Source: an uncultured Rhodospirillaceae bacterium
Lineage (GTDB): Bacteria; Pseudomonadota; Alphaproteobacteria; UBA8366
Direction of reading: 5' to 3'
Length of the DNA: 64,000 nucleotides
NCBI GenBank assembly: GCA_964408805.1
Contig: CAYPAV010000001.1
Coordinates: 606,024 to 670,023, forward strand
Shown here: positions 22,144 through 34,771 of the stretch, one piece after another
How positions within the stretch are numbered: position 1 is the first letter of the stretch
How the letters are laid out: every line of letters begins with the position of its first letter
The notes under the pieces: model-generated
Seen by the model: only the letters and a program-made list of their open reading frames with translations
Told to the model about the DNA's origin: nothing
The model's database searches: none
Program-made: the position numbers and the translations under genes

Positions 22144-23037
22144 TCAGTGCCGCCGCCGGCGGGGGCGCCGGCTATTCGACTCTTCGACGAAGCAGAGGAC
22201 TTGCGCGACCGTGAGCTGTCGGCGGAGGCCGCCGCCGTAGCGTACGAAATTCGCCTCCGTCGGTCCCGCCGCCGACAATCCGGCCGAAGGCCGGCCCGCC
22301 GGCCGGGTCTGGGCGCGGTCCAGCATCGCCGTTAGCGTCGCGGGTGCCGTGGTGAAGACGCGGCCGCGGCGCATGCTCGCGGCCACGGTCACGCCGATGA
22401 TCTCGCCGGCGCCGTTGAGCGCCGGCCCGCCGCTCAACCCGCCGAGCGCCTTGGTCATCGGGATCCGTTCGCGCTCGACCCAGGCGATCACGGGTTCGCT
22501 GTGGCGATAGCGGCCGACCGTCCGCATCTTGCGCCGGCCGAGCAGGGCCGAGGTCACCTGGCCCGGCTTGCCCTGGGGAAATCCGAAATGGAAGCCGGCC
22601 TGGTTGATCTGCAACGAATTGTCCGAGATCGAGAGCGCGGGGCCGCCCCGCCGGGTCCAAAGGACCGCCATGTCGGCCCGGGGATGCGGTTCGATCCGCT
22701 GGACCCGCATGCCCTTCCGAGGTCCGGTAATCAGACCCACCTTGTCGCATCCGTCGACGACATGCCGCGCGGTCAGCCAGACCCCGTCATCCTTGATCGA
22801 AAAAGCGGTCCCCGTGCTGTTGCCCTTCTCGCCGACATCGACGGCGAAGGAAGGATCGTTGGGCGAGATCTTCGGCAAGGTGGTGCCGGCCCGAGGCGGC
22901 GGCAGGGTGGGTTCATGATCGCGCGCGACCGGTGGGCGGCGGAACTGGGGGCCGTCGTCCTCGCCCTCGAAATAGGCGCCGTAGATTTCCACCCCGATGA
23001 TGACGAGGATAAAGAGCCAGCGCAGCCGCGAGAACAT
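22144..23037 (-). CDS. Membrane-anchored trypsin-like (S1 family) serine protease
   Basis: 297 aa with an N-terminal hydrophobic anchor. The His context is LTARHVVDGC and the Ser context is GGLSGGPA (GDSGGP-like). Confidence 0.75.
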   Translation of the reverse strand: MFSRLRWLFILVIIGVEIYGAYFEGEDDGPQFRRPPVARDHEPTLPPPRAGTTLPKISPNDPSFAVDVGEKGNSTGTAFSIKDDGVWLTARHVVDGCDKVGLITGPRKGMRVQRIEPHPRADMAVLWTRRGGPALSISDNSLQINQAGFHFGFPQGKPGQVTSALLGRRKMRTVGRYRHSEPVIAWVERERIPMTKALGGLSGGPALNGAGEIIGVTVAASMRRGRVFTTAPATLTAMLDRAQTRPAGRPSAGLSAAGPTEANFVRYGGGLRRQLTVAQVLCFVEESNSRRPRRRRH

Positions 23038-23043
23038 GCCGTG

Positions 23044-23457
23044 CTAACCCGAAACGGCGGCCGCCGTAATCATCGCGACCCCGAGCTTGACGGCGGCGAG
23101 CAGGATGGCGGGACCAACCTCGCCGGCCTCGATTCGCCCCGGCAGGTCTTTGAGTAACAAGTCGATTACCTTGTAGACGATCAGCACGACCGCCAGGGTG
23201 ACCACCCCCCAAACGACGATATCGATGACCCCGACGCTGACCGCCAGCGAGGCCGCAAGGGGCAAGGCAAGGCTGAGGATCGCCGACGCCAGCGAGACCG
23301 CCGCCGCGACGTTGCCCTCGCGAATGAGCGCCAGTTCGCGGTACGGCGTCATCCAGGCATAGACCGTGACACCGATGGCGAGCATCGTCACCGTCACCGC
23401 GAAGTGAAGGATCAATACCGGAAATCCGGCGAAAAGGCTTTGCAAGACCGCTTCCAT
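23044..23457 (-). CDS. DUF350 (YjfL-like) membrane protein
   Basis: Internal ATG at 23457 of ORF 23044..23553. It is 137 aa with four hydrophobic helices, and the pattern TPYRELALIREGNVAAA is typical of DUF350. Confidence 0.7.
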   Translation of the reverse strand: MEAVLQSLFAGFPVLILHFAVTVTMLAIGVTVYAWMTPYRELALIREGNVAAAVSLASAILSLALPLAASLAVSVGVIDIVVWGVVTLAVVLIVYKVIDLLLKDLPGRIEAGEVGPAILLAAVKLGVAMITAAAVSG

Positions 23458-23609
23458 GCGTCGCGTCCGCTCCCGTCGTTGACCAGCCCGAATTTTGGCC
23501 GCCGCATGATATCCCGGCTTGCGGCAGGAGGTCACGCGCGGGATTTTGCGCATGACAATACGGGCGCCGACTCGCTACCCTTCCGCCACCCGGAACAGGA
23601 TAAATCGCC

Positions 23610-25013
23610 ATGTCGGAATCATATGATCTGGTCGTCATCGGCGGCGGACCCGGCGGCTATGTCGCCGCCATTCGCGCGGCCCAGCTCGGCATGAGGACCG
23701 CCTGCGTGGAGCGTCGCGGTACGCTCGGCGGCACCTGCCTCAATGTCGGCTGCATTCCCTCGAAGGCGCTGCTCCACAATTCCCACCTCTACGCCGAGGC
23801 GGCGCATGATTTCAAGGCGCGCGGAATCGAAGTCGGTCCGGTCAAGCTGAACCTCAAGACCCTGATGGGCAACAAGGCCAAGATCGTCGAGGACCTGACC
23901 AAGGGCATCGAGTTTCTGTTCAAGAAAAACAAGGTCGACTACGTCAAAGGGACGGGCACGATCGAGGGGCCGGGCAAGGTTTCCGTGACGATGGCGGAGG
24001 AAAACCTGACGCTGGAGACCACGAACATCCTGATCGCGACCGGCTCCGACAGCGCGCCGCTCGCCGGCGTCGAGGTGGACGAGAAGAGGATAGTGAGCTC
24101 GACCGGTGCCTTGTCCTTGGCAAAGGTGCCGAAGCATCTCGTCGTCATCGGCGGGGGCGTCATCGGGCTGGAGTTGGGATCGGTCTGGCGGCGCTTCGGT
24201 GCCGAGGTGACGGTGGTCGAGTTCCTGGATAGCGTCCTGCCGACCAATGACGGCGAGGTCTCGAAAACCTTCCAGAGGATCCTGAAGAAGCAAGGTTTCG
24301 AATTTCGCCTGTCGAACAAGGTGACGGCGGCGAAGAAGACCAAGTCGGGGGTCCGGTTGACGATCGAGCCGGCGGCGGGCGGTGACGCCGAGACGCTCGA
24401 TTGTGATGTCGTGCTGCTGTCGATCGGCCGCGTGCCCTATACCGAGGGGCTGGGCCTCGAGGCGGCGGGAGTCGAGACGGATGACCGCGGATTGATCACG
24501 GTGGATGGCGATTTTCGCACCTCCGCGGCCGGGATCTACGCGATCGGCGACTGCACGCCGGGTCCGATGCTGGCGCACCGGGCCGAGGACGAGGGAATGG
24601 TCTGCGTCGAGAAGCTCGCGGGTCAGGCGGGCCACATCGACTACGACGCCATTCCCGCCATCGTCTACACCTGGCCCGAAGTGGCCTCGGTCGGCAAGTC
24701 CGAGGAGGAGCTGAGGGCGGCCGGGATCGACTATGCGACGGGCAAGTTTCCCTTCCTGGCGAACAGCCGGGCGCGCTGCAACGGCGATACCGACGGTTTC
24801 GTGAAGATCCTGGCGGACGCGGCGACCGATGCCGTGCTCGGCTGCCATATCATCGGCGCGGATGCCGGCAATCTGATCCACGAGATCGTGACCGTCATGG
24901 AATTCGGCGGCTCGGCCGAGGACGTGGCCCGCACCTGTCACGGCCACCCGACCCTTAACGAAGCGGTCCGCGAGGCGGCCCTTGCGGTCGACGGCCGGCC
25001 GATTCATATCTGA
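23610..25013 (+). CDS. lpdA: Dihydrolipoyl dehydrogenase (E3)
   Basis: 467 aa with the FAD motif GGGPGGYVAAIRAAQLG and the redox disulfide GGTCLNVGCIPSK. Confidence 0.97.
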   Translation: MSESYDLVVIGGGPGGYVAAIRAAQLGMRTACVERRGTLGGTCLNVGCIPSKALLHNSHLYAEAAHDFKARGIEVGPVKLNLKTLMGNKAKIVEDLTKGIEFLFKKNKVDYVKGTGTIEGPGKVSVTMAEENLTLETTNILIATGSDSAPLAGVEVDEKRIVSSTGALSLAKVPKHLVVIGGGVIGLELGSVWRRFGAEVTVVEFLDSVLPTNDGEVSKTFQRILKKQGFEFRLSNKVTAAKKTKSGVRLTIEPAAGGDAETLDCDVVLLSIGRVPYTEGLGLEAAGVETDDRGLITVDGDFRTSAAGIYAIGDCTPGPMLAHRAEDEGMVCVEKLAGQAGHIDYDAIPAIVYTWPEVASVGKSEEELRAAGIDYATGKFPFLANSRARCNGDTDGFVKILADAATDAVLGCHIIGADAGNLIHEIVTVMEFGGSAEDVARTCHGHPTLNEAVREAALAVDGRPIHI

Positions 25014-25016
25014 CGC

Positions 25017-25280
25017 ATGGGTCGTCGCGTCCGTTCGCTTGTCATCCGGGTCCTCGGCTGGACGTTCGTCTTCCTCGGCGTTCTCGGCCTCTTCCTGCCG
25101 ATCTTGCAGGGGATTCTCTTTCTCGCCATCGGTTTCGTGATGCTATCCTACGAATCGCCCTGGTTCCGCCATCAGTTGGAGCGTCTGGAGAAAAGCTCTC
25201 CCAAATACGGTCGCCACCTGCGGGAAGCGCGGATCCGGGCGATGCTGATCGTCCGGCGTCTCTTCGGGCGAATGTCTTGA
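25017..25280 (+). CDS. Small inner-membrane protein, YbaN/DUF454-like
   Basis: 87 aa. It starts 4 nt after the lpdA stop. LGLFLPILQGILFLAIGFVMLSYESPWF resembles the YbaN N-terminal pattern. Confidence 0.55.
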   Translation: MGRRVRSLVIRVLGWTFVFLGVLGLFLPILQGILFLAIGFVMLSYESPWFRHQLERLEKSSPKYGRHLREARIRAMLIVRRLFGRMS

Positions 25281-25304
25281 CCGGGACATGCTCTAACGGT
25301 GCCG

Positions 25305-25340
25305 ACAAATAAAAGGGCCGGCGGGAAGGCCGGCCCAGTT
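25305..25340 (-). terminator. Rho-independent terminator downstream of xerC, possibly bidirectional
   Basis: Stem GGGCCGGC (25315-25322) pairs with GCCGGCCC (25329-25336) around a 6-nt loop. On the minus strand it is followed by TTTTATTTG, on the plus strand only by AGTTTG. Confidence 0.65.
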
Positions 25341-25458
25341 TGCCCATAAGGGCGGGTTGGGAGTGCATAGCGCGCTAACTATGCCCGGCGATAGAGGCCG
25401 CGGCTGTGACGGGCGTCACAGGGCAGTAATCGAGCGAATTCCCGTGTTTGTAGGGACG

Positions 25459-26421
25459 CTATCGCGCCCGGGGGTGGGTCGCCTTGTACTCGCGGAGCAG
25501 CTTTTCGGTCTCGACCGCCGTGTAGCGCTGGGTCGTAGACAGCGAGGCATGCCCCAGCAGTTCCTGGATCGAGCGGAGATCCCCGCCCCCCGACAGCAGA
25601 TGCGTCGCGAAGCTGTGCCGGAGCGCGTGCGGTGTCGCGGTCTCCGGCAGGCCGAGCCAGCCGCGGAGCTTCTGCATCTGTCGCTGGACAACGCGGGGAT
25701 GCAACGGCCCGCCCCGGGCGCCGAGGAACAGCGCCCCCTCGGGGTCGACGGGATGGGGGCAGGTCTCCAGGTATTGTGCCACCGCCTCCCGCACCACGGG
25801 CAGGACCGGCACCATTCGCTGCTTGCCCCCCTTCCCGGTGACCGTCAACGCATCCGAGAACGGCGCCGCCCGGCGGGGCAGTCCGAGCGCCTCGGAGATC
25901 CGCAATCCGCAACCGTAGAGCAGCGTCATCAAGGCGATGTCGCGATCCGCGATCCAGGGTTCGGAGGCCAGCTGGCCGATCGCCGCGACCGATTGCAGGG
26001 CATCGGCCCGGCTCAACGGTTTCGGCACGGCTTGGGGTTGCTTCGGCGTCCGCACCGTGCGGATGGCGTGGTTCTCGCCGAGATCGTTCCGTTCCAGCCA
26101 AAGAAAGAATCCCCGAACCACCGATAGGGCCCGCGCCGTCGATGTCCGGCTCAGCCCGCCCCCGGCCCGGCGCGCCAGCCAGGCGCGAAAGTCCCGGGGC
26201 GACAAGGCTTCGAGGGCCGCGAGATTGGGCGCTTCGGCCCGGTGTTCGCCGAGGAAGGACAGGAACGCCGCGAGATCGCGGGTATAGGCATCGACGGTGT
26301 GCGGCGAGGCGCGTCGCTCGTCGCGGAGCCAGGACAGCCAGCCTGCGAGGGCCGCCGCCAGCCGGGCGTCCGGCTCCACGGCGTCGAAGGGGGGCGGGAT
26401 CAGGCCGGCAGGGTCAGCCAT
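25459..26421 (-). CDS. xerC: Tyrosine recombinase XerC (chromosome dimer resolution)
   Basis: 320 aa with catalytic blocks ARGGPLHPR, HALRHSFATHLL and LGHASLSTTQRYT. Its position downstream of a DUF484 gene matches the yigA-xerC arrangement. Confidence 0.9.
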   Translation of the reverse strand: MADPAGLIPPPFDAVEPDARLAAALAGWLSWLRDERRASPHTVDAYTRDLAAFLSFLGEHRAEAPNLAALEALSPRDFRAWLARRAGGGLSRTSTARALSVVRGFFLWLERNDLGENHAIRTVRTPKQPQAVPKPLSRADALQSVAAIGQLASEPWIADRDIALMTLLYGCGLRISEALGLPRRAAPFSDALTVTGKGGKQRMVPVLPVVREAVAQYLETCPHPVDPEGALFLGARGGPLHPRVVQRQMQKLRGWLGLPETATPHALRHSFATHLLSGGGDLRSIQELLGHASLSTTQRYTAVETEKLLREYKATHPRAR

Positions 26422-27113
26422 CCGCGTATGACGCTTTCCGTCGCGGCCGCGAGAAAGCCCAACAATTCGGTCGACTGGTTGGGATGAAACTTATCCGCAT
26501 CGCGAGACCCGAAGGCAAGGAGAGCCGGCGGTGTCGCGGTCGATATCTCGAGCCGGACCAGCGCTTCCGAGCGTACCAGGCTGGCGCCGCCGCCGAAGAT
26601 CGCCTCGTCGCCCTCTATATCGGCCCGCAAGATCATGAATTCATCGGCTCCCAGCACCGCATCGACGGAGCCCGGCGCCAGCACCCACAGGCCCTGGGTG
26701 TATTCCGCCTCGATATTTCCGGCCTCGGCTTCGATACAGAGTGTCACGATATCCAGGTCGAGCAGAACCGCGAAATCGGTCGAGATGATCTGGATGAGTT
26801 GCTCGAAGCTCCGGGCGTCGAGTTCGGCGAGCACGCATTCGTGGATTCGGGTCTGTATCGAAAGGTTGGCCCGGCTGGTATCGAGCAACTCGCGATGGCG
26901 CGAGCTGTGCCCGTCGACGTCCAGGCGCAGCCGCTGGATCATCGCCGATTGGAAATCGACGACGCCTTCGCCCATATCGCGCGACGGCAGCTGCAGCAGG
27001 TCGATCGCCTGGGGATGGCGGCTCAGAAAATCGGGATGGGCGCGCAGATAGGCCACGACCTGTTCGGCCGTGGGTTCCGGCGTCTGGTTCGTTTCGCTCG
27101 AGTCCCGTGTCAT
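26400..27113 (-). CDS. DUF484 family protein (YigA-like)
   Basis: 237 aa. The N-terminus VVAYLRAHPDFLSRHPQAIDLL is typical of DUF484. It overlaps the xerC start by 22 nt. Confidence 0.8.
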   Translation of the reverse strand: MTRDSSETNQTPEPTAEQVVAYLRAHPDFLSRHPQAIDLLQLPSRDMGEGVVDFQSAMIQRLRLDVDGHSSRHRELLDTSRANLSIQTRIHECVLAELDARSFEQLIQIISTDFAVLLDLDIVTLCIEAEAGNIEAEYTQGLWVLAPGSVDAVLGADEFMILRADIEGDEAIFGGGASLVRSEALVRLEISTATPPALLAFGSRDADKFHPNQSTELLGFLAAATESVIRGWLTLPA

Positions 27114-27115
27114 GA

Positions 27116-27772
27116 TCAGAGGATCGACTGACCGGTCTTTTGCCAGTCGGCCAGAAAGGCATCGAGACCCTTGTCGGTCAGCGGATGCTTCAGCATCTGG
27201 AGCAGCACGTCCGGCGGCACGGTGCAGACGTCGGCGCCGATTTTCGCGGCCTCGACCACATGCATCGGACTGCGGATCGAGGCAACCAAGACCTCGGTCG
27301 TGAAGTCCGGATAATTGGCGTAGATACCGACGATATCCTCGATCAGGTCCATGCCGCTGGTGGCGATGTCATCGAGCCGTCCGACGAAGGGCGAGATGAA
27401 GGCGGCCCCCGCCTTCGCCGCCAGGATCGCCTGGTTGGCCGAAAAGCAGAGCGTCACATTGACCATGGTCCCGCCCTGCGAGAGCGCCTTACAGGTCTTC
27501 AGCCCGTCACGGGTCAGCGGCACCTTGACCGCGATGTTGTCGTGAAGGGCGGCCAGCTTCCGGCCCTCCTCCAGCATGTTGTCGAAATCGGTCGCGGTCA
27601 CCTCGGCGCTGATCGGTCCGTCTACGATCCCGCAGATTTCCTCCACGACTTCGATGAAGTCGCGGCCCGTCTTTGCGACGAGCGAGGGATTCGTGGTCAC
27701 CCCGTCCACCAGCCCCGTATCGGCCAAATCCTTGATCGCGTCAATATCGGCGGTGTCGACGAAGAATTTCAA
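27116..27772 (-). CDS. tal: Short-type transaldolase / fructose-6-phosphate aldolase family
   Basis: Lies inside ORF 27116..28471. The TTG start at 27772 is preceded by AAGGAGAG. The product [14 protein letters not shown]...GVTTNPSL...AVKVP is 218 aa. Confidence 0.9.
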   Translation of the reverse strand: MKFFVDTADIDAIKDLADTGLVDGVTTNPSLVAKTGRDFIEVVEEICGIVDGPISAEVTATDFDNMLEEGRKLAALHDNIAVKVPLTRDGLKTCKALSQGGTMVNVTLCFSANQAILAAKAGAAFISPFVGRLDDIATSGMDLIEDIVGIYANYPDFTTEVLVASIRSPMHVVEAAKIGADVCTVPPDVLLQMLKHPLTDKGLDAFLADWQKTGQSIL

Positions 27773-27844
27773 TTTCAGGCTCTCCTTGAAGTGTGTGATT
27801 GATGCGATCTGGCGCCAGGGTGATAGTCGGCTACACTCTAAACG

Positions 27845-30058
27845 ATGCAAGTTTCCGGCGCCAGTTCGACCGACCCCAAATCCGAGGCGGAACGACGTTT
27901 TCGCGTGCTTTTGCCGCTGCCGCTGGCCGGTGCCTATGATTATCGTGCGCCGGAAGACCTTGAACTGGCGCCAGGCGATTTCGTACGGGTCCCGCTCGGC
28001 AAACAGACCCGAATCGGCGTGGTTTGGGACGGCGAACCGTCGTCGGACGGCGTTGCCGCCGAGAAGCTCCGGGATATCGAAGCGCGCCTCGAGACGCCGC
28101 CGATGACGCCGGCGATGCGGCGCTTCGTCGATTGGATGTCCGCCTATACGATGGCGCGGCCGGGGGCGGTGCTGCGGCTGGCGATAAGCGTTCCCGAAGC
28201 GCTGGTGCCCGGGCGTCCCCGCATACTCTATCGTCCGAGCGCCGAGCCGCCCGAGTTTCGCCGGACGGCGGCGCGCGAACGCGTATTGGCGCTGCTCGCG
28301 GACGGGCCGGCCCGCGCGGCCAGCGATATCGCGCGCGAGGCCGGGGTGGGAACATCGGTCGTCCGGGGTCTCGCCGATCTCGGCGTCCTCGAGATCCTGG
28401 AGGCGCCCGATGCCATGGCGATCGATCGCCCGGACCCCGATCTCTCCGGACCCCGTCTGTCGCGGACGCAAAAGCTGGCGGCGGACGATCTCGCCGCGAA
28501 GGCGGCGGCGGGCGGGTTCGGCGTCACTCTCCTCGACGGTGTTACCGGCGCTGGCAAGACCGAGGTCTATTTCGAGGCCGCCGCGGCGGCGCTGCGGGCC
28601 GGGCGGCAGGTCTTGGTGCTACTGCCGGAGATCGCCCTCACCGCGCAGTTCCTGGAGCGTTTCGAGGCCCGATTCGGCGTCGCCCCCCTTGAATGGCATT
28701 CCGATATCTCGCGGGCGCGCCGCCGCCGCATCTGGCGGGCGGTCGCCGAGGGACGGGCGCCGGTGGTCGTGGGCGCCCGCTCCGCCCTGTTCCTGCCATT
28801 CTCGGCGATGGGACTGATCGTTGTCGACGAAGAGCATGACGGCTCGTTCAAGCAGGAGGACGGGGTCATCTATCATGCCCGCGACATGGCCGTCGTCAGG
28901 GGGCGGCTCGAGGAAGCGCCCGTAGTCCTATCCTCGGCCACGCCGTCGCTCGAGACGGTGACCAATGTCGAGGGGGGGCGCTACGACCGGCGGCATCTTC
29001 CGGCCCGTCACGGCGGGGCCGATCTGCCCCATATCGCCGCTGTCGATCTCCGTCTGACGCCGCCCGAAAGGCAATCCTGGCTGGCGCCGCCGCTCCGCGA
29101 GGCGATGACGGCAACCCTTGCGGCGGGCGAGCAGTCGCTGCTTTTTCTCAACCGCCGGGGCTATGCGCCGCTCACCCTCTGCCGGGCCTGCGGACACCGG
29201 CTCGACTGTCCGAACTGTACCGCGTGGCTGGTCGAGCACCGCTTCGCCCGGCGCCTATCGTGCCATCATTGCGGCTATTGGATCGCTCTACCCGAGAGCT
29301 GTCCCGAATGCGGTGCCGAGGGACGCCTTGCGGCCTGCGGGCCGGGGGTCGAACGGGTGCTCGAGGAAGTCGCGGGCCTCTATCCCGAAGCCAGGGTCGA
29401 GATCATGACCAGCGACACGATCTGGAGCCCGAGTGCGGCCGCCGAACTGGTCCGCCGCGTCCGCGACCACGAGATCGACATATTGATCGGCACCCAGTTG
29501 GTGGCGAAGGGACATCATTTCCCGAAACTGACCTTGGTCGGCGTCGTCGATGCGGACCTCGGCCTCGCCGGCGGCGATCTCCGGGCCAGCGAACGTACCT
29601 ATCAGCTCTTGCACCAGGTCGCGGGGCGGGCCGGCCGGGCCGAACGCCCGGGCCGGGTGCTGCTGCAGACCCACCATCCCGATCATCCGGTGATGGCGGC
29701 GCTCGTCGAAGGCAACCGGGACGACTTCATGGCCGCCGAGGCGGCCGGCCGTCGGACCGGGAGCTGGCCCCCCTTCGGGCGCCTTGCCGCGGTGATCGTC
29801 TCCGGCCCCGACGAGGCGGCGGTCGACGGGGTCGCGGGCGGGCTCGGCCGGACGGCGCCGCGCTCGGCGAGCGTCCAGGTCTTGGGGCCGGCCCCGGCGC
29901 CGCTTGCCATCCTGCGCGGCCGCCATCGCCGCAGATTGCTGGTCAAGGCGAGCCGCGGCACCCGCCTCCAACCGCTCCTCGCCGCCTGGGTCAAGGGTGT
30001 TCGCGCACCCAATGCGGTGCGCGTCCAGATCGATATCGATCCTTATGGGTTCTTGTGA
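27845..30058 (+). CDS. priA: Primosomal protein N' (replication restart helicase PriA)
   Basis: 737 aa with Walker A GVTGAGKT, Walker B VVDEEHD and a Cys-rich zinc region [13 protein letters not shown]...CHHCG...CPECG. Confidence 0.95.
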   Translation: MQVSGASSTDPKSEAERRFRVLLPLPLAGAYDYRAPEDLELAPGDFVRVPLGKQTRIGVVWDGEPSSDGVAAEKLRDIEARLETPPMTPAMRRFVDWMSAYTMARPGAVLRLAISVPEALVPGRPRILYRPSAEPPEFRRTAARERVLALLADGPARAASDIAREAGVGTSVVRGLADLGVLEILEAPDAMAIDRPDPDLSGPRLSRTQKLAADDLAAKAAAGGFGVTLLDGVTGAGKTEVYFEAAAAALRAGRQVLVLLPEIALTAQFLERFEARFGVAPLEWHSDISRARRRRIWRAVAEGRAPVVVGARSALFLPFSAMGLIVVDEEHDGSFKQEDGVIYHARDMAVVRGRLEEAPVVLSSATPSLETVTNVEGGRYDRRHLPARHGGADLPHIAAVDLRLTPPERQSWLAPPLREAMTATLAAGEQSLLFLNRRGYAPLTLCRACGHRLDCPNCTAWLVEHRFARRLSCHHCGYWIALPESCPECGAEGRLAACGPGVERVLEEVAGLYPEARVEIMTSDTIWSPSAAAELVRRVRDHEIDILIGTQLVAKGHHFPKLTLVGVVDADLGLAGGDLRASERTYQLLHQVAGRAGRAERPGRVLLQTHHPDHPVMAALVEGNRDDFMAAEAAGRRTGSWPPFGRLAAVIVSGPDEAAVDGVAGGLGRTAPRSASVQVLGPAPAPLAILRGRHRRRLLVKASRGTRLQPLLAAWVKGVRAPNAVRVQIDIDPYGFL

Positions 30059-30304
30059 TTCGGGTGACGATCTTGCTTGGCCGGCACACCCGGATACCGG
30101 GGCAATTGACGCCCGTCGCTCCGCCTCCATTTCACTAGACGGGACAAGCGGCGAAAGAGGCCGGCCCGGCGGGTTGCGCCGCTATTTTGCATGTGCTAAA
30201 CACCGCTCGCCGTTCGGCGGGAGCCCCAAATCCTGGGGCTGAAAAGTCAAGCAAATCCGGGCTTCGGCGCCGGTATTCGGAAAGAATTCGGGGAGAGTTC
30301 CCAA

Positions 30305-30862
30305 GTGGCAACGAGGGCTGGCGAATCGGGGATGGCGGCCCGCTACGCACTGGCTTTATTCGAGCTGGCGGACGAGCAGAAAAAGCTCGATCTGGTCGCC
30401 GATGATTTGCGCGCACTCGACGCCGCGATCACGGAAAACGAAGGTCTGCGCCGGATGATATCGAGTCCGGTGATGCGCCGCGCCGATCAGGGCCGCGGGG
30501 TCACCGCAGTGTTGGAGCAGGCGGGCGCCGACGAACTGACGATTCGCTTCGTCGGCGTTGCCGCGGGCAATCGCCGGCTGTTCGCTCTTCGCGACATGAT
30601 CCGGGCCTATCTCGCCGAATTGGCGGCCCGCCGGGGCGAGGTCACCGCCGAGGTTACTTCCGCCCGTCCGCTTAGCGACGAGCAGGCGCGCGCCGTCGAG
30701 ACGGCGCTGCAGCGCGTCGAGGGCCGCAACGTCGCACTGGCATTGAAAGTTGACCCGTCGTTGATCGGCGGACTGTTGGTCAAGGTGGGGAGCCGGCTGG
30801 TCGATTCCTCCCTGAAGACCCAACTCGAGAGAATGAAACTCGTAATGAAGGGAGCCGGCTGA
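30305..30862 (+). CDS. atpH: F0F1 ATP synthase subunit delta
   Basis: 185 aa from GTG at 30305 (alternative ATG at 30332). It carries the [10 protein letters not shown] signature and is first in the atpHAGDC order. Confidence 0.9.
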   Translation: MATRAGESGMAARYALALFELADEQKKLDLVADDLRALDAAITENEGLRRMISSPVMRRADQGRGVTAVLEQAGADELTIRFVGVAAGNRRLFALRDMIRAYLAELAARRGEVTAEVTSARPLSDEQARAVETALQRVEGRNVALALKVDPSLIGGLLVKVGSRLVDSSLKTQLERMKLVMKGAG

Positions 30863-32394
30863 TGGAAATCCGCGCCGCGGAAATTTCCGCCATCCTGAAG
30901 GAACAGATCGCGAATTTCGGCACCGAGGCCGATGTCGCGGAGGTGGGACAGGTGATCTCGGTCGGCGACGGCGTCGCCCGCGTCTACGGGCTCGATAACG
31001 TCCAGGCCGGCGAGATGGTCGAGTTCCCGGGCGGTGTCAGGGGCATGGCCCTCAACCTGGAAGAGGACAATGTCGGTGTCGTCATCTTCGGCGACGATCG
31101 CGAGATCAAGGAAGGCGACACGGTCAAGCGGACGGGCGCCATCGTCGACGTGCCGGTCGGCAAGGGCCTCCTGGGCCGCGTGGTCGACGCGCTCGGCAAT
31201 CCGATCGACGGCAAGGGCCCGATCGAGGGCAGCGATCGGCGTCTGGTCGAGGTCAAGGCGCCGGGCATCATTCCCCGGAAATCGGTTCACGAGCCGATGC
31301 AGACCGGTCTCAAGGCGCTCGATTCCCTGGTGCCCGTCGGCCGCGGCCAGCGCGAACTGATCATCGGCGATCGCCAGACCGGCAAGACGGCGGTGGCGGT
31401 CGATACCATCATCAACCAGAAATCGGTCAACGAGGACCCGGACGAATCAAAGAAGCTTTACTGCATCTATGTGGTCGTCGGTCAGAAACGCTCGACCGTG
31501 GCCCAGGTGGTCAAGACGCTCGAGGAATACGGCGCGATGGAATATTCGATCGTCGTCGCGGCGACCGCCTCCGAGCCGGCGCCGATGCAGTTCCTGGCGC
31601 CCTATGCCGGTTGCGCCATGGGCGAGTTCTTCCGCGATAACGGCATGCACGCGCTGATGATCTATGACGATCTCTCGAAGCAGGCGACGGCCTATCGTCA
31701 GATGTCGCTGCTGCTGCGCCGGCCGCCGGGACGCGAGGCCTATCCGGGCGACGTCTTTTATCTCCATTCGCGCCTCCTGGAGCGCGCGGCGAAGATGAAC
31801 GATGACGAGGGGGCGGGCTCCCTGACCGCATTGCCGGTCATCGAGACCCAGGCGAACGACGTTTCCGCCTATATCCCGACCAACGTGATCTCGATCACCG
31901 ACGGTCAGATCTTCCTGGAGACCGATCTTTTCTATAAGGGCATCCGCCCCGCGATCAATGTCGGACTGTCGGTCAGCCGCGTCGGATCGGCCGCGCAGAT
32001 CAAGGCGATGAAGCAGGTTGCCGGCTCGATCAAGCTCGAACTGGCCCAATACCGCGAGATGGAAGCGTTTTCGCAGTTCGCTTCCGATCTCGATCCCGCG
32101 ACCCAACAGCTGCTGGCCCGTGGTGCGCGCCTGACCGAGCTGCTCAAGCAGCCGCAATACAGCCCGCTGCCGGTCGAGGAGCAGGTCGTCTCGATCTTCG
32201 CCGGCGTGAACGGCTATCTCGATGCGATCGAGGTGCGCGATATCGGCCGCTTCGAGGAAGGCCTGCTGGATGAATACCGCAACAATCAGAGCGATATTCT
32301 CACCGCCATTCGCGACGAGGGCGAGATTTCCGACGAGACCGAGACCAAGATGACCGAGATCACGGATCAATACGCCAAGACCTTCGCGGCCTAG
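30862..32394 (+). CDS. atpA: F0F1 ATP synthase subunit alpha
   Basis: 510 aa with P-loop GDRQTGKT. The start overlaps the atpH stop. Confidence 0.98.
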   Translation: MEIRAAEISAILKEQIANFGTEADVAEVGQVISVGDGVARVYGLDNVQAGEMVEFPGGVRGMALNLEEDNVGVVIFGDDREIKEGDTVKRTGAIVDVPVGKGLLGRVVDALGNPIDGKGPIEGSDRRLVEVKAPGIIPRKSVHEPMQTGLKALDSLVPVGRGQRELIIGDRQTGKTAVAVDTIINQKSVNEDPDESKKLYCIYVVVGQKRSTVAQVVKTLEEYGAMEYSIVVAATASEPAPMQFLAPYAGCAMGEFFRDNGMHALMIYDDLSKQATAYRQMSLLLRRPPGREAYPGDVFYLHSRLLERAAKMNDDEGAGSLTALPVIETQANDVSAYIPTNVISITDGQIFLETDLFYKGIRPAINVGLSVSRVGSAAQIKAMKQVAGSIKLELAQYREMEAFSQFASDLDPATQQLLARGARLTELLKQPQYSPLPVEEQVVSIFAGVNGYLDAIEVRDIGRFEEGLLDEYRNNQSDILTAIRDEGEISDETETKMTEITDQYAKTFAA

Positions 32395-32409
32395 CGGACG
32401 GATTCGTCG

Positions 32410-33291
32410 ATGCCCAGTCTCAAGGAATTCCGGACCCGTATTTCGAGCGTCAAATCGACGCAGCGGATCACCTCGGCGATGAAGATGGTCGCCGCGGCGA
32501 AGTTGCGCCGGGCGCAGGAGCAGGCCTTCGCCGCCCGTCCCTATGCGGAACGGATGGAGCGGATGCTGGGTTCGCTGGCGTCGGGGACCGGCGGGCCGAA
32601 GCTACTGTCCGGAACCGGCAAGGACGATGTGCATCTGCTGGTCGTCATGACCTCGGATCGCGGACTTTGCGGGGCCTTCAACTCCAGCATTCTTCGCTTC
32701 GTTCGCACCCGGGTGCGCGATCTCCGGGCCGACGGCAAGGAGGTCAAGATTTTCGCGGTGGGCCGCAAGGGCAATATGGCGTTGCGGCGGGAATTTCCGA
32801 ATGCCGTCGTCGAGTCGGCGGAAGAGCTGGCGAAACCGTCGCCGACCTTCGCCGGCGCGAATTCGGTCGCCACGCGCGTCACCGAGATGTTCGAGGCCGG
32901 CGAATTCGACTGCTGTACGGTGATCTACAACCGCTTCGTCTCGGCCCTGACGCAGGAAGTCACCCCTCAACAATTGATTCCCTTCACCTTGCCGGAAGCG
33001 GCCGAGGAAGAGGAAGAGGCGACGGCCGGGACCGCCGCCAGCTACGAATTCGAGCCCGACGAGGAAGAGATTCTCGATGCCCTGCTGCCGCGGAACCTGT
33101 CGGTTCAAGTTTACCGCGCCATGCTCGAGACCTTCGCTTCGGAGCAAGGTGCCCGCATGACCGCGATGGACAGCGCCACCCGAAACGCGGGCGACATGAT
33201 CGATAAATTGACTCTCACCTACAATCGCACGCGCCAGGCCTTTATCACCAAGGAGCTGATCGAGATCATCTCCGGCGCCGAGGCGCTCTAG
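32410..33291 (+). CDS. atpG: F0F1 ATP synthase subunit gamma
   Basis: 293 aa. The N-terminus [36 protein letters not shown] is canonical. Confidence 0.97.
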   Translation: MPSLKEFRTRISSVKSTQRITSAMKMVAAAKLRRAQEQAFAARPYAERMERMLGSLASGTGGPKLLSGTGKDDVHLLVVMTSDRGLCGAFNSSILRFVRTRVRDLRADGKEVKIFAVGRKGNMALRREFPNAVVESAEELAKPSPTFAGANSVATRVTEMFEAGEFDCCTVIYNRFVSALTQEVTPQQLIPFTLPEAAEEEEEATAGTAASYEFEPDEEEILDALLPRNLSVQVYRAMLETFASEQGARMTAMDSATRNAGDMIDKLTLTYNRTRQAFITKELIEIISGAEAL

Positions 33292-33314
33292 CGGCGCCAT
33301 CCAAGAGGAGCTAA

Positions 33315-34751
<1,437 letters not shown>

Positions 34752-34771
34752 AGCAGCGGAGCTGAACCGAT

